The notes beneath the pieces are model-generated. The model made no database searches. It was not told the DNA's origin and saw only the letters and a list, made by a program, of their open reading frames with translations. A stretch of 62,771 bases of DNA, the filler included, from Sphacelaria rigidula (lineage: Eukaryota): NCBI GenBank assembly GCA_964200075.2. It is 6 parts of 6 records of this genome, joined end to end, with 100 filler letters (N's around TTAATTAATTAA, not from the genome) between each part and the next. Parts side by side here need not be neighbours in the genome. Positions count along the whole stretch, not along the records: positions 41,916 to 52,293 come from CAXNAA020006615.1; positions 52,394 to 62,771 come from CAXNAA020006616.1; 4 more parts are not named here. One strand, given 5' to 3'. This document shows, one piece after another, positions 50,304 to 61,560 of the stretch. Made by a program: the position numbers and the translations under genes. How positions within the stretch are numbered: the stretch's first letter is position 1; each line of letters opens with the position of its first letter.

Positions 50304-52293
50304 ATGTCGCAACGTATTTCTGCTACGTCTTCACCCGGCGCGGGCAAGCTCTCGCCCCGTATTACACGAAGTCAGGTCAACTCGTTGTCCACTTTTGTTG
50401 ACACTGGGAATTATTCCGACTCTGCTTTGCGGAAGCCATCCGCATCCGCAGCTCGTTCACTTGCATTACATGAACAGTCTGTTCTGCGTCTACCTACTCC
50501 ACCACTTTTCAGTTCCACTTCCGACCCTGACGAGGATTCCAATCCTTCTCCTTCATATCCGGGTTCACCTCCTTCCGGCCCCACCACGTTGGCGCACCCT
50601 TCACTGACACGCGCCGTGTCCAAATTATCCTTTTTACCCATGAATGCAGTGATTGAGCTCACTGATTCCACCCGCGTCACCGACGCCCGCCCCACACCGG
50701 AACCCCGCCCCGGACTCCCCGCTTCATCACCCCACTCCGTAGCGCCGGTGTCACCCGCTACGGATCCCACCATTCCGGCGAAATTCGCGCCTTCCTCGTC
50801 ACATCCTTCCACGAGTTCACACCTCCATCGACCCGCAGCGCAGGTGTTACCCGCTGTTCCAGGCTCCACACAGGCGGACCCCGCGGCTTTCTCTTCCGTT
50901 TCCGCCTTCACCCAACCTCAACCCCACTCCGCCACGCAGGTGTTACCCGTGCGCGCCCACTCCACGCCCGTACAACCTACCACCCAACGGCGTTTGGGTG
51001 CCACCACCGCTACCCAGGCGCACACACTTTCGGCTTCAGATCTGCCCCGTTCAGACATGCAGGTGTTACCCATGCCCGAATTCCCGCGTACCGGCATGCT
51101 GCCCCCGCCGCTTCGTCGGCAGCCCCTTCACCATCTGCTGCCATGCCAGCTACATCAACAGCCGATGTTCTGTCCACTGTCTTGACCGCTGTGGCACAAT
51201 CCAATGCGGACTTGTCGCCACCACCGACGGTTGTTCCGGATATGACCGTGGCCGCCGCCCTGCGGGTTCTTTGCAATACCTTGCTGCGCTCTACGGCCGC
51301 CCCTTCCGCCGCCACCGCGGTCGCCCCTGATGCACCTAGTCAGGTCGCATCCGGACGCTCCGTCTCTCGATGCCCTTCTTCCGAAAAACACCCGACACCT
51401 TATCACTCCACTATTTCCACCTCTCAGGCCGCACCACGCCGCTCGACTGTTGCCAGCCCCGGTGCTGCATCCCGCCGCCCAACTGTTTCCAGCCCCCATG
51501 CCGCACCACGCCGCTCGACTGTTGCCAGCCCCAGTGCCGCATCACGCCGTCCAACAGTTTCCACCCCGGGTGCCGCACCGCGCCGCTCAACTGTTGCCAG
51601 CCCCGGTGCCGCATCACGCAGCCCACCCGGCCAGCGTAACTCACCTCGCCCTTTCCGTCGCCGCCCCTCTGGACCAGACCCTTCACTTGGTGCTGCTGCT
51701 TCGAAGAATTGTTTCGATGCGTACGAGTCTGAGTTCCCTTCTCTTGCCGAGTCTTCCCCCGACTCATCGAGCTATTCCACGCACGCTCCTAGCCGTTTCC
51801 GTCGCCGACCTAATCAAGGTCCGACCACCCCTCCTGATGCTGTTTGCGTGGGTTTGATGAAACAACAACTTGCAGATCTACAACAAAGCATCTCTTTTTT
51901 ATTAGCCATGGCTTCTTCTGATACCAAGACCACCCCTTCTGCCGCCACGACCAACGCCGCTGCGCCGCCGATAACAACGGCTCCTGCCACTCTTCGCCGA
52001 GTGGACGACACTGACGCCGACAGTACCGGAGCTCGTTCCGCCACCCCCTCGGCACCCGTTGCAACGACGGGACCGACATCTTGGCGCCCCAAGTTTTGGC
52101 CCGAGCGCTGCCTCGTGGGTTGCCCACAGTGGTTTTTTTTATTATTTTGACCGCGACGAACAAGAACGCGCGTGGCTGGACTTCGCTCCGAAGTCTCCGG
52201 CCCCTGCGGATGCCACTGCCCCTGCTTCCGCCCCGGCCGCGGCTTGTGCCGCAACTGCTCCCGCTACCGCTCCCGCCTCGGTGTCTGCCGCTG
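50304..52293 (+). pseudogene. Frameshifted Pro/Ser/Ala-rich ORF1 (gag-like N-terminal region) of the LTR element; truncated by contig end
   Basis: ATG at 50304 after a pyrimidine-rich leader. Frames 50304-51185, 51143-52150 and 52059-end chain together via shifts near 51090 and at the T8 run (52133-52140). No pol is visible. Confidence 0.55.
51429..51620 (+). repeat. 36-bp coding tandem repeat (AAPRRSTVASPG / AASRRPTVSSPH), about 5 units
   Basis: Read directly; two alternating unit types. Confidence 0.9.
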
Positions 52294-52393
52294 NNNNNNN
52301 NNNNNNNNNNNNNNNNNNNNNNNNNNNNNNNNNNNNNTTAATTAATTAANNNNNNNNNNNNNNNNNNNNNNNNNNNNNNNNNNNNNNNNNNNN
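52294..52393. other. Artificial contig spacer
   Basis: Same 100-bp N/TTAATTAATTAA linker. Confidence 0.98.
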
Positions 52394-52669
52394 CGCCGAG
52401 AGGCCCCCCCCCCCCTCCAACCCCCCCCCCCCCCGAGCTCTGGAAACCCCCGAATGTCTCGGGACTGTCGGCCTGTACAACTGTTCCGAGGCGATGCTCG
52501 CCGTCTAAGGGTTAAATGCGAATCATGGTACCAAATAGCCATCCGATATGAATCACGAATGTTCAAGGTCGTGCCCCATGAATCACGGCCTGGGGAGGTG
52601 TACACTTCAGGTGGTGTCACACGAATGAAAAGTGTGATGTATGTAAGAATCACAATTCCTGTACTCGTA

Positions 52670-53045
52670 TCAACGACTGGTGGGGAACATGCACGCTCCA
52701 CTCATCTCGTAGGAATCCAAGGTGGGGAACATATAGGTATAGTTAGTGCTGCATTGATGGAAACTGGGAAATGTGCACGCTTGATCCATCTCGTATGGGT
52801 GGGAGGTGGGGAACATGTATGCATGATTCATCCTCCATGAGTGGAAATTGGGAAATATGTACGCTTGGTTCACCTCGTATGATGGAATGCGGAGAACACG
52901 TACCTGTGATTCATGCTGCATGGATGTAAGGGGAGATACCTTTACCTGTTCTTGATGACGTATTGATGAATGGTGGAGAACATGTTCTTGTTCATGCTAC
53001 ATGAATGCAAGGTGGAGAGCATGTACATGAGATTCGTGCTGCATG
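52670..53045. repeat. Degenerate approx. 40-bp minisatellite
   Basis: Recurring GGTGGGGAACATG.AC..TTG.TTCAT(C/G)C units. Confidence 0.75.
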
Positions 53046-53339
53046 CACGAAATGCGGTATTTGGCTTGTTTTTCGATCAAAAACATTCCCCGCCGTCTCT
53101 GTAACCCTGTTACGAATAATATGCATCATCACTAGTTAGGGTAGATGTTAAGCTTTCTATTGGTACCGGTCACGAGCTCAAATCCATTCCTGTCTGACCG
53201 CAAATGGCTCTAACGTCGGATAACACCCCTCCCTTTTCGCTGAGATCGTTCAGTGAGGCGATGCGTTTGTTTCATGTACGGGGAAAAGGATGAGGGGAGA
53301 AGGAGAGTCATGAGGGAATATCACGTTCTAACGATGCAC

Positions 53340-53750
53340 CTGAACACACGAACACATCGATGGATCGTGCTCACGATAAAGTGTTTATCTCCGCTCCCCA
53401 TTTCTCCTCACCCGGAGAAGAAATCGTTCTATCCACTCTCGAGACATAACAGGGGTGTTATCTACCGTTTTCGTTAGTGAAATTGGTCGGCATTCACAGA
53501 TGAATAACGACGCTCCCGAACACGCGGGGGCGGACTCCTTTGTTTCTTGCCTACGCCCCCACGTGTTCGGGGCCGTCGCTATTCGTCTGTGAATGCCTAC
53601 CTATGTAACAAGCGAAAACGGTAGATAACACCCCCACTTGTATCTGAAAAGGGGGTGGAGTGATTTCATCCCCAGGTGAGGAAAAATGGGTAGCGGGGAT
53701 GAACACTTGATCGTGAGCACATGACATCGATGTGTCCGTGTGTTATTCAC
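53340..53750. mobile_element. Foldback element with an inner approx. 110-bp inverted-repeat unit (53489-53597)
   Basis: Outer arms 53340-53475 and 53610-53750. Inner GGCATTCACAGATGAATAACGACG / CGTCGCTATTCGTCTGTGAATGCC. Confidence 0.8.
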
Positions 53751-54444
53751 CGTTAACACTCCTGAAGTCATCGGAGAAATCACCCCCCGCGGACGGGTAT
53801 TTTTTGTTCCCTGCGCTATCATGCAGCCCCCGTCCAAATCCTACTTCACCAATGTTGCTGAAATACTGCTATGCATCATCTGTCATATTATGGGCTCTTC
53901 ACGATTTCTCTGATGTACGAAGTCGAATATTTCAAGGACATGGCTCGGAATAATGGCGTGAAACTGCACATGATTTGTGAGGGTTTTTTGCAGGTCTATC
54001 TCCTTTGACGGGATGTGCTTTCCCTTGTCGTGACTGTTGTCTCGGCCGGGTCTCGCGTTGTATCGTTGGCCAACTGATTGATGCAGGTGTTGAAGGTCGG
54101 GTACAAGCTGCATGATCGAGTTATCAGGGCTGCACAGGTTTGTCGATGACTCGCGATAATTTTTTCTCATCATTTTGTTTTGTTTTTGTCAGATATTTGG
54201 TTTGTGCTGTCACGGAGGAATGTCGTAACCTTCGTGGTGTTACCGGGCAGGAAGTGGCGTCACATAGCGTTTTTGCACAGATGGGTGCCGGTGCGATCTT
54301 TGAAAACAGGGCCAGACCAAAGCGTGCAAGATGGAAGAAACGTACGGGAGTCGGGAGGCTCAAAAGTGTCACAGTACCAACAACAGTATTGTCCAATACA
54401 GGACAAGCTGGGCCAGCCCAGAGGCGAATTTGAAGTTTGCAGGC

Positions 54445-54702
54445 GAATGTGCCGGCCAATATTTGAAGTTGGAGCGTAAAGTTTGGTATGGACAGTGCAT
54501 GGGGCATAAAACAAAAATTACAGGAGCACCAAGCTTTTTTTTCTTGTGACTTGAGGGCATTTTACTGATACCTGAAAACAGATTGTTGCCTTCAACTCAC
54601 TGAAGAAAAACTTCTGATGCTTCCGTAATTTTTTCTTGTTTGCTTTATGCATTATCTACACCAAATTTTACTACTCAACTCTAAATATTGGCTGGCACAT
54701 TC
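54445..54702. mobile_element. Diverged foldback MITE
   Basis: GAATGTGCCGGCCAATATTTG... versus ...TAAATATTGGCTGGCACATTC, with arms of about 110 bp. Confidence 0.7.
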
Positions 54703-56218
54703 AACTTTTGAAAACCGGATCGGTAGAAATTCGGAACAGTATTCCGTAGGCCACTCACCGGCCCACGTTTGGTGTGTTTGTATTGAAATTTTGTGTGGGC
54801 CATTGCTAGGGCATTATGAACAAAAGTCAGTGGGTCAGGTTGTTTTTTTCATTTTTTTCACTGATGTAGGGCGTTCTAGTATTGTAGAGGCCATTTCTTC
54901 ACGAGAACGCCCTAACCTTTATGAAAAAAATGAAGGTTAATTTTATTTTTATTTTGGCACACTTTTGTGGTTCTCCAGCCCCAAGAGCAATGTTCATTTC
55001 TCCTCAAAACTTCACTGAAAACGCAAGAAAAATGAAGGAGAATGAAAAAGGAGAAGAAAAATGGTAACAAGCTATTTGTTTCAGCTTGAATATGCACGAG
55101 CGGTTCTCCATACGATATTTCATAGAACAACTCTCAAAAGCTGGGACGCGATATCCAGATTCAGGGCATCTTGTGCCTCTGCTCGTAACATGTTGATTTT
55201 AGTATGTGAGCTTGTGTGCGCCATATCTCGAGATAGATCACGAATTAGGTGAAGGTGAGAGTATCTATCGTCTCCCCGTGCTCCAGGGAAAGGCCATACC
55301 AAAAATCGTTATCATCTGCTGAATGTATCGTTCGAGGTTCCATATAGATTGTAGTGTGCACGATATCGCCGTATGGTGTAGGAATTACTAAACATGAGGT
55401 TTAATCAACGAGAAAAAAGTGGCCCAAAATTTTCAGCAGATGCGCACCTTCCCCTTGGTTAGACGATTGATACGATGTGCGGATCACGGTCCAACTCGTC
55501 TGTGTCGATGAGATATTGCTTTAAGATCTTGAATCTGATTTTAGGCTGGCCCCGCTCGTATGGTGAGTGGTGCGGGCGCGAGTTTGGATGAAGGAGCCAT
55601 ACCGAACCCAGCAAGATGGGCGCGGGACACGTATGGTGGCTGAGGGCCTATATTAACGGGTTTTATTTCTCATCCAAGAAAATGGATGGAAATGTAAAAA
55701 AAAAAAAAAAGCCCGTTACTAACGGCATTAAGGCGTTACGACCGTCTCGGACTGAGACAGAAAGTGCAACAGTAGCGCGTAGCACTCAGGACATTCATAT
55801 CGGCAAGCTACGTAAGCTGCCACGTGATGTGCGTGGATCCAACTTCATCGGCCGTTGCACGTTGCAATTCGACATGTTGTAGGTCTCGGCAACATACCCC
55901 TCCACCACATTGTGCTGCTATACTGTTCAGTTTCCCCGTTCGCTGCATCGGTCGGAGCACGTAGAAGTTCCAAATGTTCGTTTCATGTTTTTGGAAACGG
56001 GCCCTTCCACCAGCACACTCCCAACTGGTGCACCGCGCCGTTTCCCGTTCGCCGATCGCCACGGCTTTCCTGCTGCTTCACGATACCGAGTTGAGCCGGG
56101 AGGACACACACTTTTCCATTTGAGCATTCGTGCAAAGAGCCGAGCCCGATTTGCAGGTAGCACAACTGTTTGATAATGTCGCCCGTCCAGCACACGACTT
56201 GATTTAATGTTAACTAAT

Positions 56219-56474
56219 CATGGTTCGGGTGGATCGTCGCCGGTTCGAACCACCAGATCCAAGGTTTTTCAGGCCTGATTGCTCGAAGAAGAAATAAGTT
56301 GACGGCTGGTCAAGCAAGTTTTCTCGCAAGTTTTGCGCCATTCCACGTGCTTGAGCTACGCGTATCCGACATGCAGCGCTGAAAACCAAGCCGAAGGATT
56401 GCTTCGTACGGTACGAATTAATTACACTAAAATCAAGTAATTTACAGACGAATCATTCATTCGTTCGACCGTTT
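56219..56474. mobile_element. Second, more diverged copy of the hAT-type MITE at 42253
   Basis: Colinear similarity (GGCCTGATTGCTCGAA; TTGCGCCATTCCACG; TTCGTACGGTACGAAT.AATTACACTAA). Confidence 0.8.
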
Positions 56475-57897
56475 TAAGTGTTGTGGAAGGATACGGCACC
56501 GTGCTATATTCTGCTTCGACCTTTGAGTTTGTTGAACGCTGACTCTGCAGTTGGCATAGGAGGTACCTTCCTGCACAACGAGCGAATGGCGCTACCGTTG
56601 CCGAAGGGCATGTCCATCGCCGAGATGCGTGTTGTGGCGGGCTACCTAGATCATCTCGATCTGTGTGATGAGCGCTTGAAAGCGGCCATCGCCAGGGTGG
56701 CATCGCAGGATATGGTGGCGAGGGATGGATTTCAGGGGAGCGGGTTTGAAAATCAGATAGAATCAGATATAATCATGTTCAGGATACCAACTTACGTAGT
56801 CCTTTGCGTCTCCCTGTCCATGTCTCGTGCGTCCCGTATGCGCCGTTCAGGTCGGAACTGTGAAGGCTGCTTGATGATGGTGCTGGCTGATGTTCTACAC
56901 GCATTTTTCTTGTTGCATTGCGTTTGTGTGCGCAGACAAGACACGGGGCTGCGGACGCGCTCCGCAAGACAGTGCTTGCTTCATAAGGATTGTATACAGA
57001 TGAAATCGCCTTTCGTTTCCAAGCGTACGTTTGTTTTGTGTCTCGATTCCCGCGTGCATCAGTGGCTCTCAGCTTGAGGCTGTAGTGGTGAGGTATAATA
57101 GATGAGTGGCCCAGGGAGTGCAGGCATAAGCGGGGATTTACTGCGTTCAACGCCACCCAAATATGTTTTCCCTCAAACTTTTCTGAACGACTGTAAGGGT
57201 GGATATTTTGAGGAACTGTGCTCGGGCATTGGTTCTGTCTCTACTCTGGGCACGGCGATATCAACATCGCTCTCCCTCCCCTCCCAGTTCCCTCTCGTGA
57301 GTTCTTGACCCCAATATTGTTGCTGTCGAGTACGCTTTTGTGTACCCCTCCCCCCCCTCTCCCCCCCCCCTCCCCCCCCTCTGTCCTTCATTCCTGGGAG
57401 CTGCTGCCATCGCACTCTGGTCGATATTGATCTCGTCACCCCGATGGCCCCTTCGTGTCTTGAAGTGGTTGATGTTTGAATAGTCGGAACCCCAGTATCC
57501 GTCGTGCACCTCGTGTTGATGTATTTACTTGGGGTCTCTCATCGTTCCATGAAGTGTCTCATGGTTTGGTTTCGATACAGGAAAATTGTGTGCCACGTTC
57601 ATCTCGCTACCCGTGACCGTTACATACCCGCTTATAATTTTCTAGGCATCCACCATGTGGACCATCTACGTGCTTGTCACCACCCACGTGGAGTGATGCT
57701 ACGATAGGGGGGGGGGAGGGGGTATTCTGGGCCGTTTCCTTCCACGAAATTCCACTTCAATCGCCGTTGAAAGCGGCCAACAGTTGCTCGAACGCGCTTG
57801 CTCTGGATTAATAACGCCCGTTCATAGTGCTGTACACCGTTTTTACTGAATTACAAGCGCACCGCGAGTGTTTCAAGTCGTTTGGCGCAGCTAATTA

Positions 57898-60189
57898 CGA
57901 TGGTACATATTAATTGACTCCAAATTTGGCCTTTTTTTTCAAAACAAAAGAAAAACGTTTTTTCTTTGTTTTTTTTCCTCCCGAGAAAATGACCAAACGT
58001 AGGCACCTTCTTGCAACTTTTCAGGCAGTATGCAAACAAAATGTAAATGTGGCGGGTCCAATCGATAGATCCTTTCATCAGCTTTCGAATGGTACCAGGT
58101 TTGTGCCCATCGAATAGCCACAACACAACGGCGATGGCGTCGAAAAGAGGTACTTCGAAACAACAATTTTTCCATGGGGGAGATTGTTCCGAGTCGGGGG
58201 AAAAAAAAAGGTTCTAAAATGGAACCCTCTCGAAAATATGGAACCAAGCGCACAACTTCCCCCAAAAAAATTGAAATCGAGCACACCACTGTCGAGAAAC
58301 GCACGCTGCAAGAATAGCACTCGGCATTGCGAAAGGTGGAAGGAAGGTAGGCCGTGGCGGCTCAGCCGGCCGTCCCCCAAGCGTGGCCAAGGGGGCAAAT
58401 GCAGCGGTCACGAGAAGCCAGAGAGCCATCAACGCACAGTTGGATGAGCTTGAGAGGCAGAAAGCAGCCGTTGCATCGGCTGTAGCAGCCCAGCAGCAGG
58501 AGCTCAAGGCTATAGAAGCTGCGAGAGCGTCCATCGAGAAGAGGGAGAAGAAGCTCGCGCGTGACTTCGAGAAGGTGGACAAGCTTCGACAGCAGCGTGA
58601 ACAGCGAGAGCAGGATGTCGTCAGCAAGGCCGCTTCAGCTGCAACTGCCAAACTTCCTGAACTTGCGCTGGACTTCATCGACTACTCTGTGCGCTGGACT
58701 TCAACTGCCGACCTTCCTGAACTTGTGCAGGATGGAATAGATCGTACAACAGGGAAGGGTTTACGTATGATCATGGTGCACGCAATCACGAAGCACAGGC
58801 CCTTGGCCAAGGTGCAGGGGGGATTTCCTATCCGGGAGAGTTGGTTCAAGGCTAAAGAGAATCGTGCGAAGAAGGTTAAGCCTGGGGAGGCGGATTTCGT
58901 AATGTCAGATGAGCAGACAGCAGAGTTTTTGTGGCAGGCCAAGTTGGCAACGGGCGATTACCATAACGCCATGACGGATGGGATGTTCATGCAGTGGCTG
59001 AAGCACCGACTTACCCCGGCCTTCAACGCGCAGTTCAAGAACAAGAAGATGTTTCTCGTTCTCGATAATGCCCCTTACCACCACTGCTTTGACGAGGAGC
59101 TCAAGGTGCCCGAAACAAACAGTAAGAAGTACAACGTCGGACTCTTGCGTAAGTACGGTTGCAAGTCGTTCAAGGTGATGCGTGAGTCGGAGGATGGAGT
59201 TGTTGAGTGCCGCTTTGAGGTGCCGGCGGAGGGGTCGGTACCCAATGCGAACCGCAAGGACGGCGTCAGCAAAGAAGAGACAGCCTCCGCCACTCGGACG
59301 TACTTTAAAGAGCATTACCCGGAGAAGCTCGAGGAAAAGGCGGAAACGTACATGAGGGAGAAGGGGTGGGGGTTAATTTGGACACCGCCGTATATGCCGA
59401 GTTTCCAGCCCGTCGAGCTGTTCTGGCAGCATGGCAAAGCTTACGTAAGCAAACATTACGAGAAGGGGCGGAACATGTTGGAAGTCTGGAAGCAGATTCG
59501 CCTGGGTTGGTACGGAGACCCGAAATGGGACGGGGGGAAGGAGGGGGGGTGGAAGGCAGCCAATTGCGGTAAGTTGGTGAACCATGCCACTGGCAAGATG
59601 AACGAGTGGATCAGCCTTCATGGGGGAAATCTGTCTGGCTTGATCGGTAGCCTTGAGTATCCGAAGGGAGAGTACCTCCAGGCTACGATCCAGGACGAGA
59701 TAGAGGATGGGGTGGAGGAGCAGACGGATGAGTGGCTGGGTGACGACGGGGAAGATGCCATTGAAGGCTGAAAAACAAATGCTTACAAAAGTTGCCCGGT
59801 TTTGCGGCAGATATTTTTCAATTTTGATTCACAACCAACGATACCAAGTGTGCTGCACAGAAGGTACGACCTTGAGTGCAAGCTCTTTTATTGCTTAATC
59901 GTTTGCGTTTGAGATGGCTTCATCACCCTGTTGATAAAAATATTCCATCGCTCGTGCACACGTTGAGTAGCATCACCTGCCCACCGTGCTTAAGTTTTTT
60001 GCGCCACCACCAGACCCGAAACACACTCAATTCCTATGATTACTCGAAGACACCACTTTTTTTTTTTTTATGAATACGATGAAAGCTACGTGTATTGCCG
60101 TCAATTTGCACTACGGTTTGTGGGAAGAGACCCCGCATTGACGAAGTTATGGGTTTTACTAATTTGGAGTCAATTACTGTGTTCCTCCG
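57898..60189 (+). mobile_element. Tc1/mariner/IS630-superfamily DNA transposon (Sailor-like), 2292 bp
   Basis: TA on both sides (57896-57897, 60190-60191). 29-bp TIRs CGATGGTACATATTAATTGACTCCAAATT versus rc CGGAGGAACACAGTAATTGACTCCAAATT (24/29). Encloses a transposase ORF. Confidence 0.8.
58383..59771 (+). CDS. DDE_3-type transposase (Sailor-like), internally deleted; true start probably ATG 58134
   Basis: Motifs GKGLRMIMVHAIT, GDYHNAM...FMQW, FLVLDNAPYHH and WTPPYMPSFQPVELFW. There are 116 aa between the second D and the E, and no DES-type first-Asp motif. Confidence 0.88.
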   Translation: MAKGANAAVTRSQRAINAQLDELERQKAAVASAVAAQQQELKAIEAARASIEKREKKLARDFEKVDKLRQQREQREQDVVSKAASAATAKLPELALDFIDYSVRWTSTADLPELVQDGIDRTTGKGLRMIMVHAITKHRPLAKVQGGFPIRESWFKAKENRAKKVKPGEADFVMSDEQTAEFLWQAKLATGDYHNAMTDGMFMQWLKHRLTPAFNAQFKNKKMFLVLDNAPYHHCFDEELKVPETNSKKYNVGLLRKYGCKSFKVMRESEDGVVECRFEVPAEGSVPNANRKDGVSKEETASATRTYFKEHYPEKLEEKAETYMREKGWGLIWTPPYMPSFQPVELFWQHGKAYVSKHYEKGRNMLEVWKQIRLGWYGDPKWDGGKEGGWKAANCGKLVNHATGKMNEWISLHGGNLSGLIGSLEYPKGEYLQATIQDEIEDGVEEQTDEWLGDDGEDAIEG

Positions 60190-60530
60190 TAATAGGGGTT
60201 TTCCAAAAGAATTGGCAAACGAGGATGCCCCGACCCATATTCTTGTGCATCTAGAATCCTTAGGAGCCCCTAAACCAGACAACATTTTGCACAAAACGTG
60301 CACCCCTACCGTAGCATTGCTCGGTTGATTTGTTCAATCAGTGTGTACCATAATTACGTTGACCATATCAAAATATCTAATCCGAACTAGAGCACGTAGA
60401 AGATACGTAATCAGGTGGCATAAGCTTTGCATCTACCATTGGGAAAATATACTGGTATGTCACTTCCAATTATCAACGAGGTGGCCGATCGACGGAGGCT
60501 ACTAAGCCATCGTTGGGCTACGTTTCAGAA

Positions 60531-61560
60531 TGGTTTACACAATTTTACAAGTATCGCTACCCTTACCCTTGAAACACGGAATCTTACAAATTGGGGATGG
60601 ATCTTTTATTGGGGATGAGAAACCCGGCGGATTAAAATCTTCCTATCCACACCAAATCTTCGAAATACGATTCCATTTCTTCAACTACTGATAGCTATTG
60701 ACAACTGCTACACGCAATAGAAATTTGGATTTTGATCACCGAAAGATTGGGGTCCTAGGTGACAAACCAATTTTGAGGAATTCCGGGTGTCCGAACGGAC
60801 GCCAAAATAGTTCCGAAGTTGGTTTTTCACCGAGGACCCCGACATTTCGGTTATCAAAATAAAAATTCGGTGGCGTGTAGCAGTTGTCAATAGCTATCAG
60901 TAGGTGAAGAAATGGAATCGTATTTCGAAGATTTGGTGTGGATAGGAAGATTTTAATCCGCCGGGTTTCTCATCCCCAATGGAAGATCCATCCCCAACTT
61001 GAAAGATCGCGTGTTTTTAACCCTAACCCCAACCCAACACGCACCTAAAACCCTCGAGCAAGGGCGGAACGTACATTCCCTAGGCAATTTGCGGCCTTTG
61101 AAGACCTCAATCGGCGCCTGTGACGCCGATTTCAACGAAAAATGCGTCCTGTCAGCACGCGAGGAGTACACGGTACTGTCAGCCCCACTTAATTCTGCTT
61201 TCTCGTTGTTTACACTCAACTCGAGAAATATCAACCATATTAAAACGTACCCCAACGCCGGTAAACTCTATTGCACTGCAGTGGAGTTTACCGGCGTTGG
61301 GGTAGGTTTTACAATGGTTGATATCACTTGATTTGCGTGCCAACCACAAGGATCAGAATTTTAGTGAAGCTGGCAGTCCTGTGTGCTCCTCGCGTGCACA
61401 GAACGCGTTTTCGTTGAAATCGATGCCACCGATTTGGGGTCTACCCAGGCCGCACTTTGCCGAGGGAGTGTATGTTCCGCCCTTGCCCGAAGATTCTCGG
61501 TATGCGTTGGGTTGGGGTTAGGATTAGGATTAGCGATACTTGTAAAATTGTGTCAACCCT
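60531..61560. mobile_element. Palindromic foldback element with CCCTAA-like tracts, interrupted by a second foldback
   Basis: 61020-61530 is a palindrome centred near 61276, with a perfect 21-bp core stem (61248-61268 / 61284-61304). The tip at 60531-60570 pairs with 61525-61560. A diverged arm copy lies at 61725-61890. Confidence 0.75.
60571..61018. mobile_element. Young foldback/MITE nested in the previous element
   Basis: Arms 60591-60715 and 60873-60997 differ at only 3 of 125 positions. Confidence 0.9.

Noticed and set aside
52670-53045. Regularly spaced approx. 40-bp repeats as a CRISPR array
   Set aside because: The units are degenerate along their whole length with no unique spacers and no cas genes, and the context is eukaryotic.
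23255-59771. Functional linkage of ORC6 with the recombinase, RT and transposase as one system
   Set aside because: They lie on different, artificially joined contigs.
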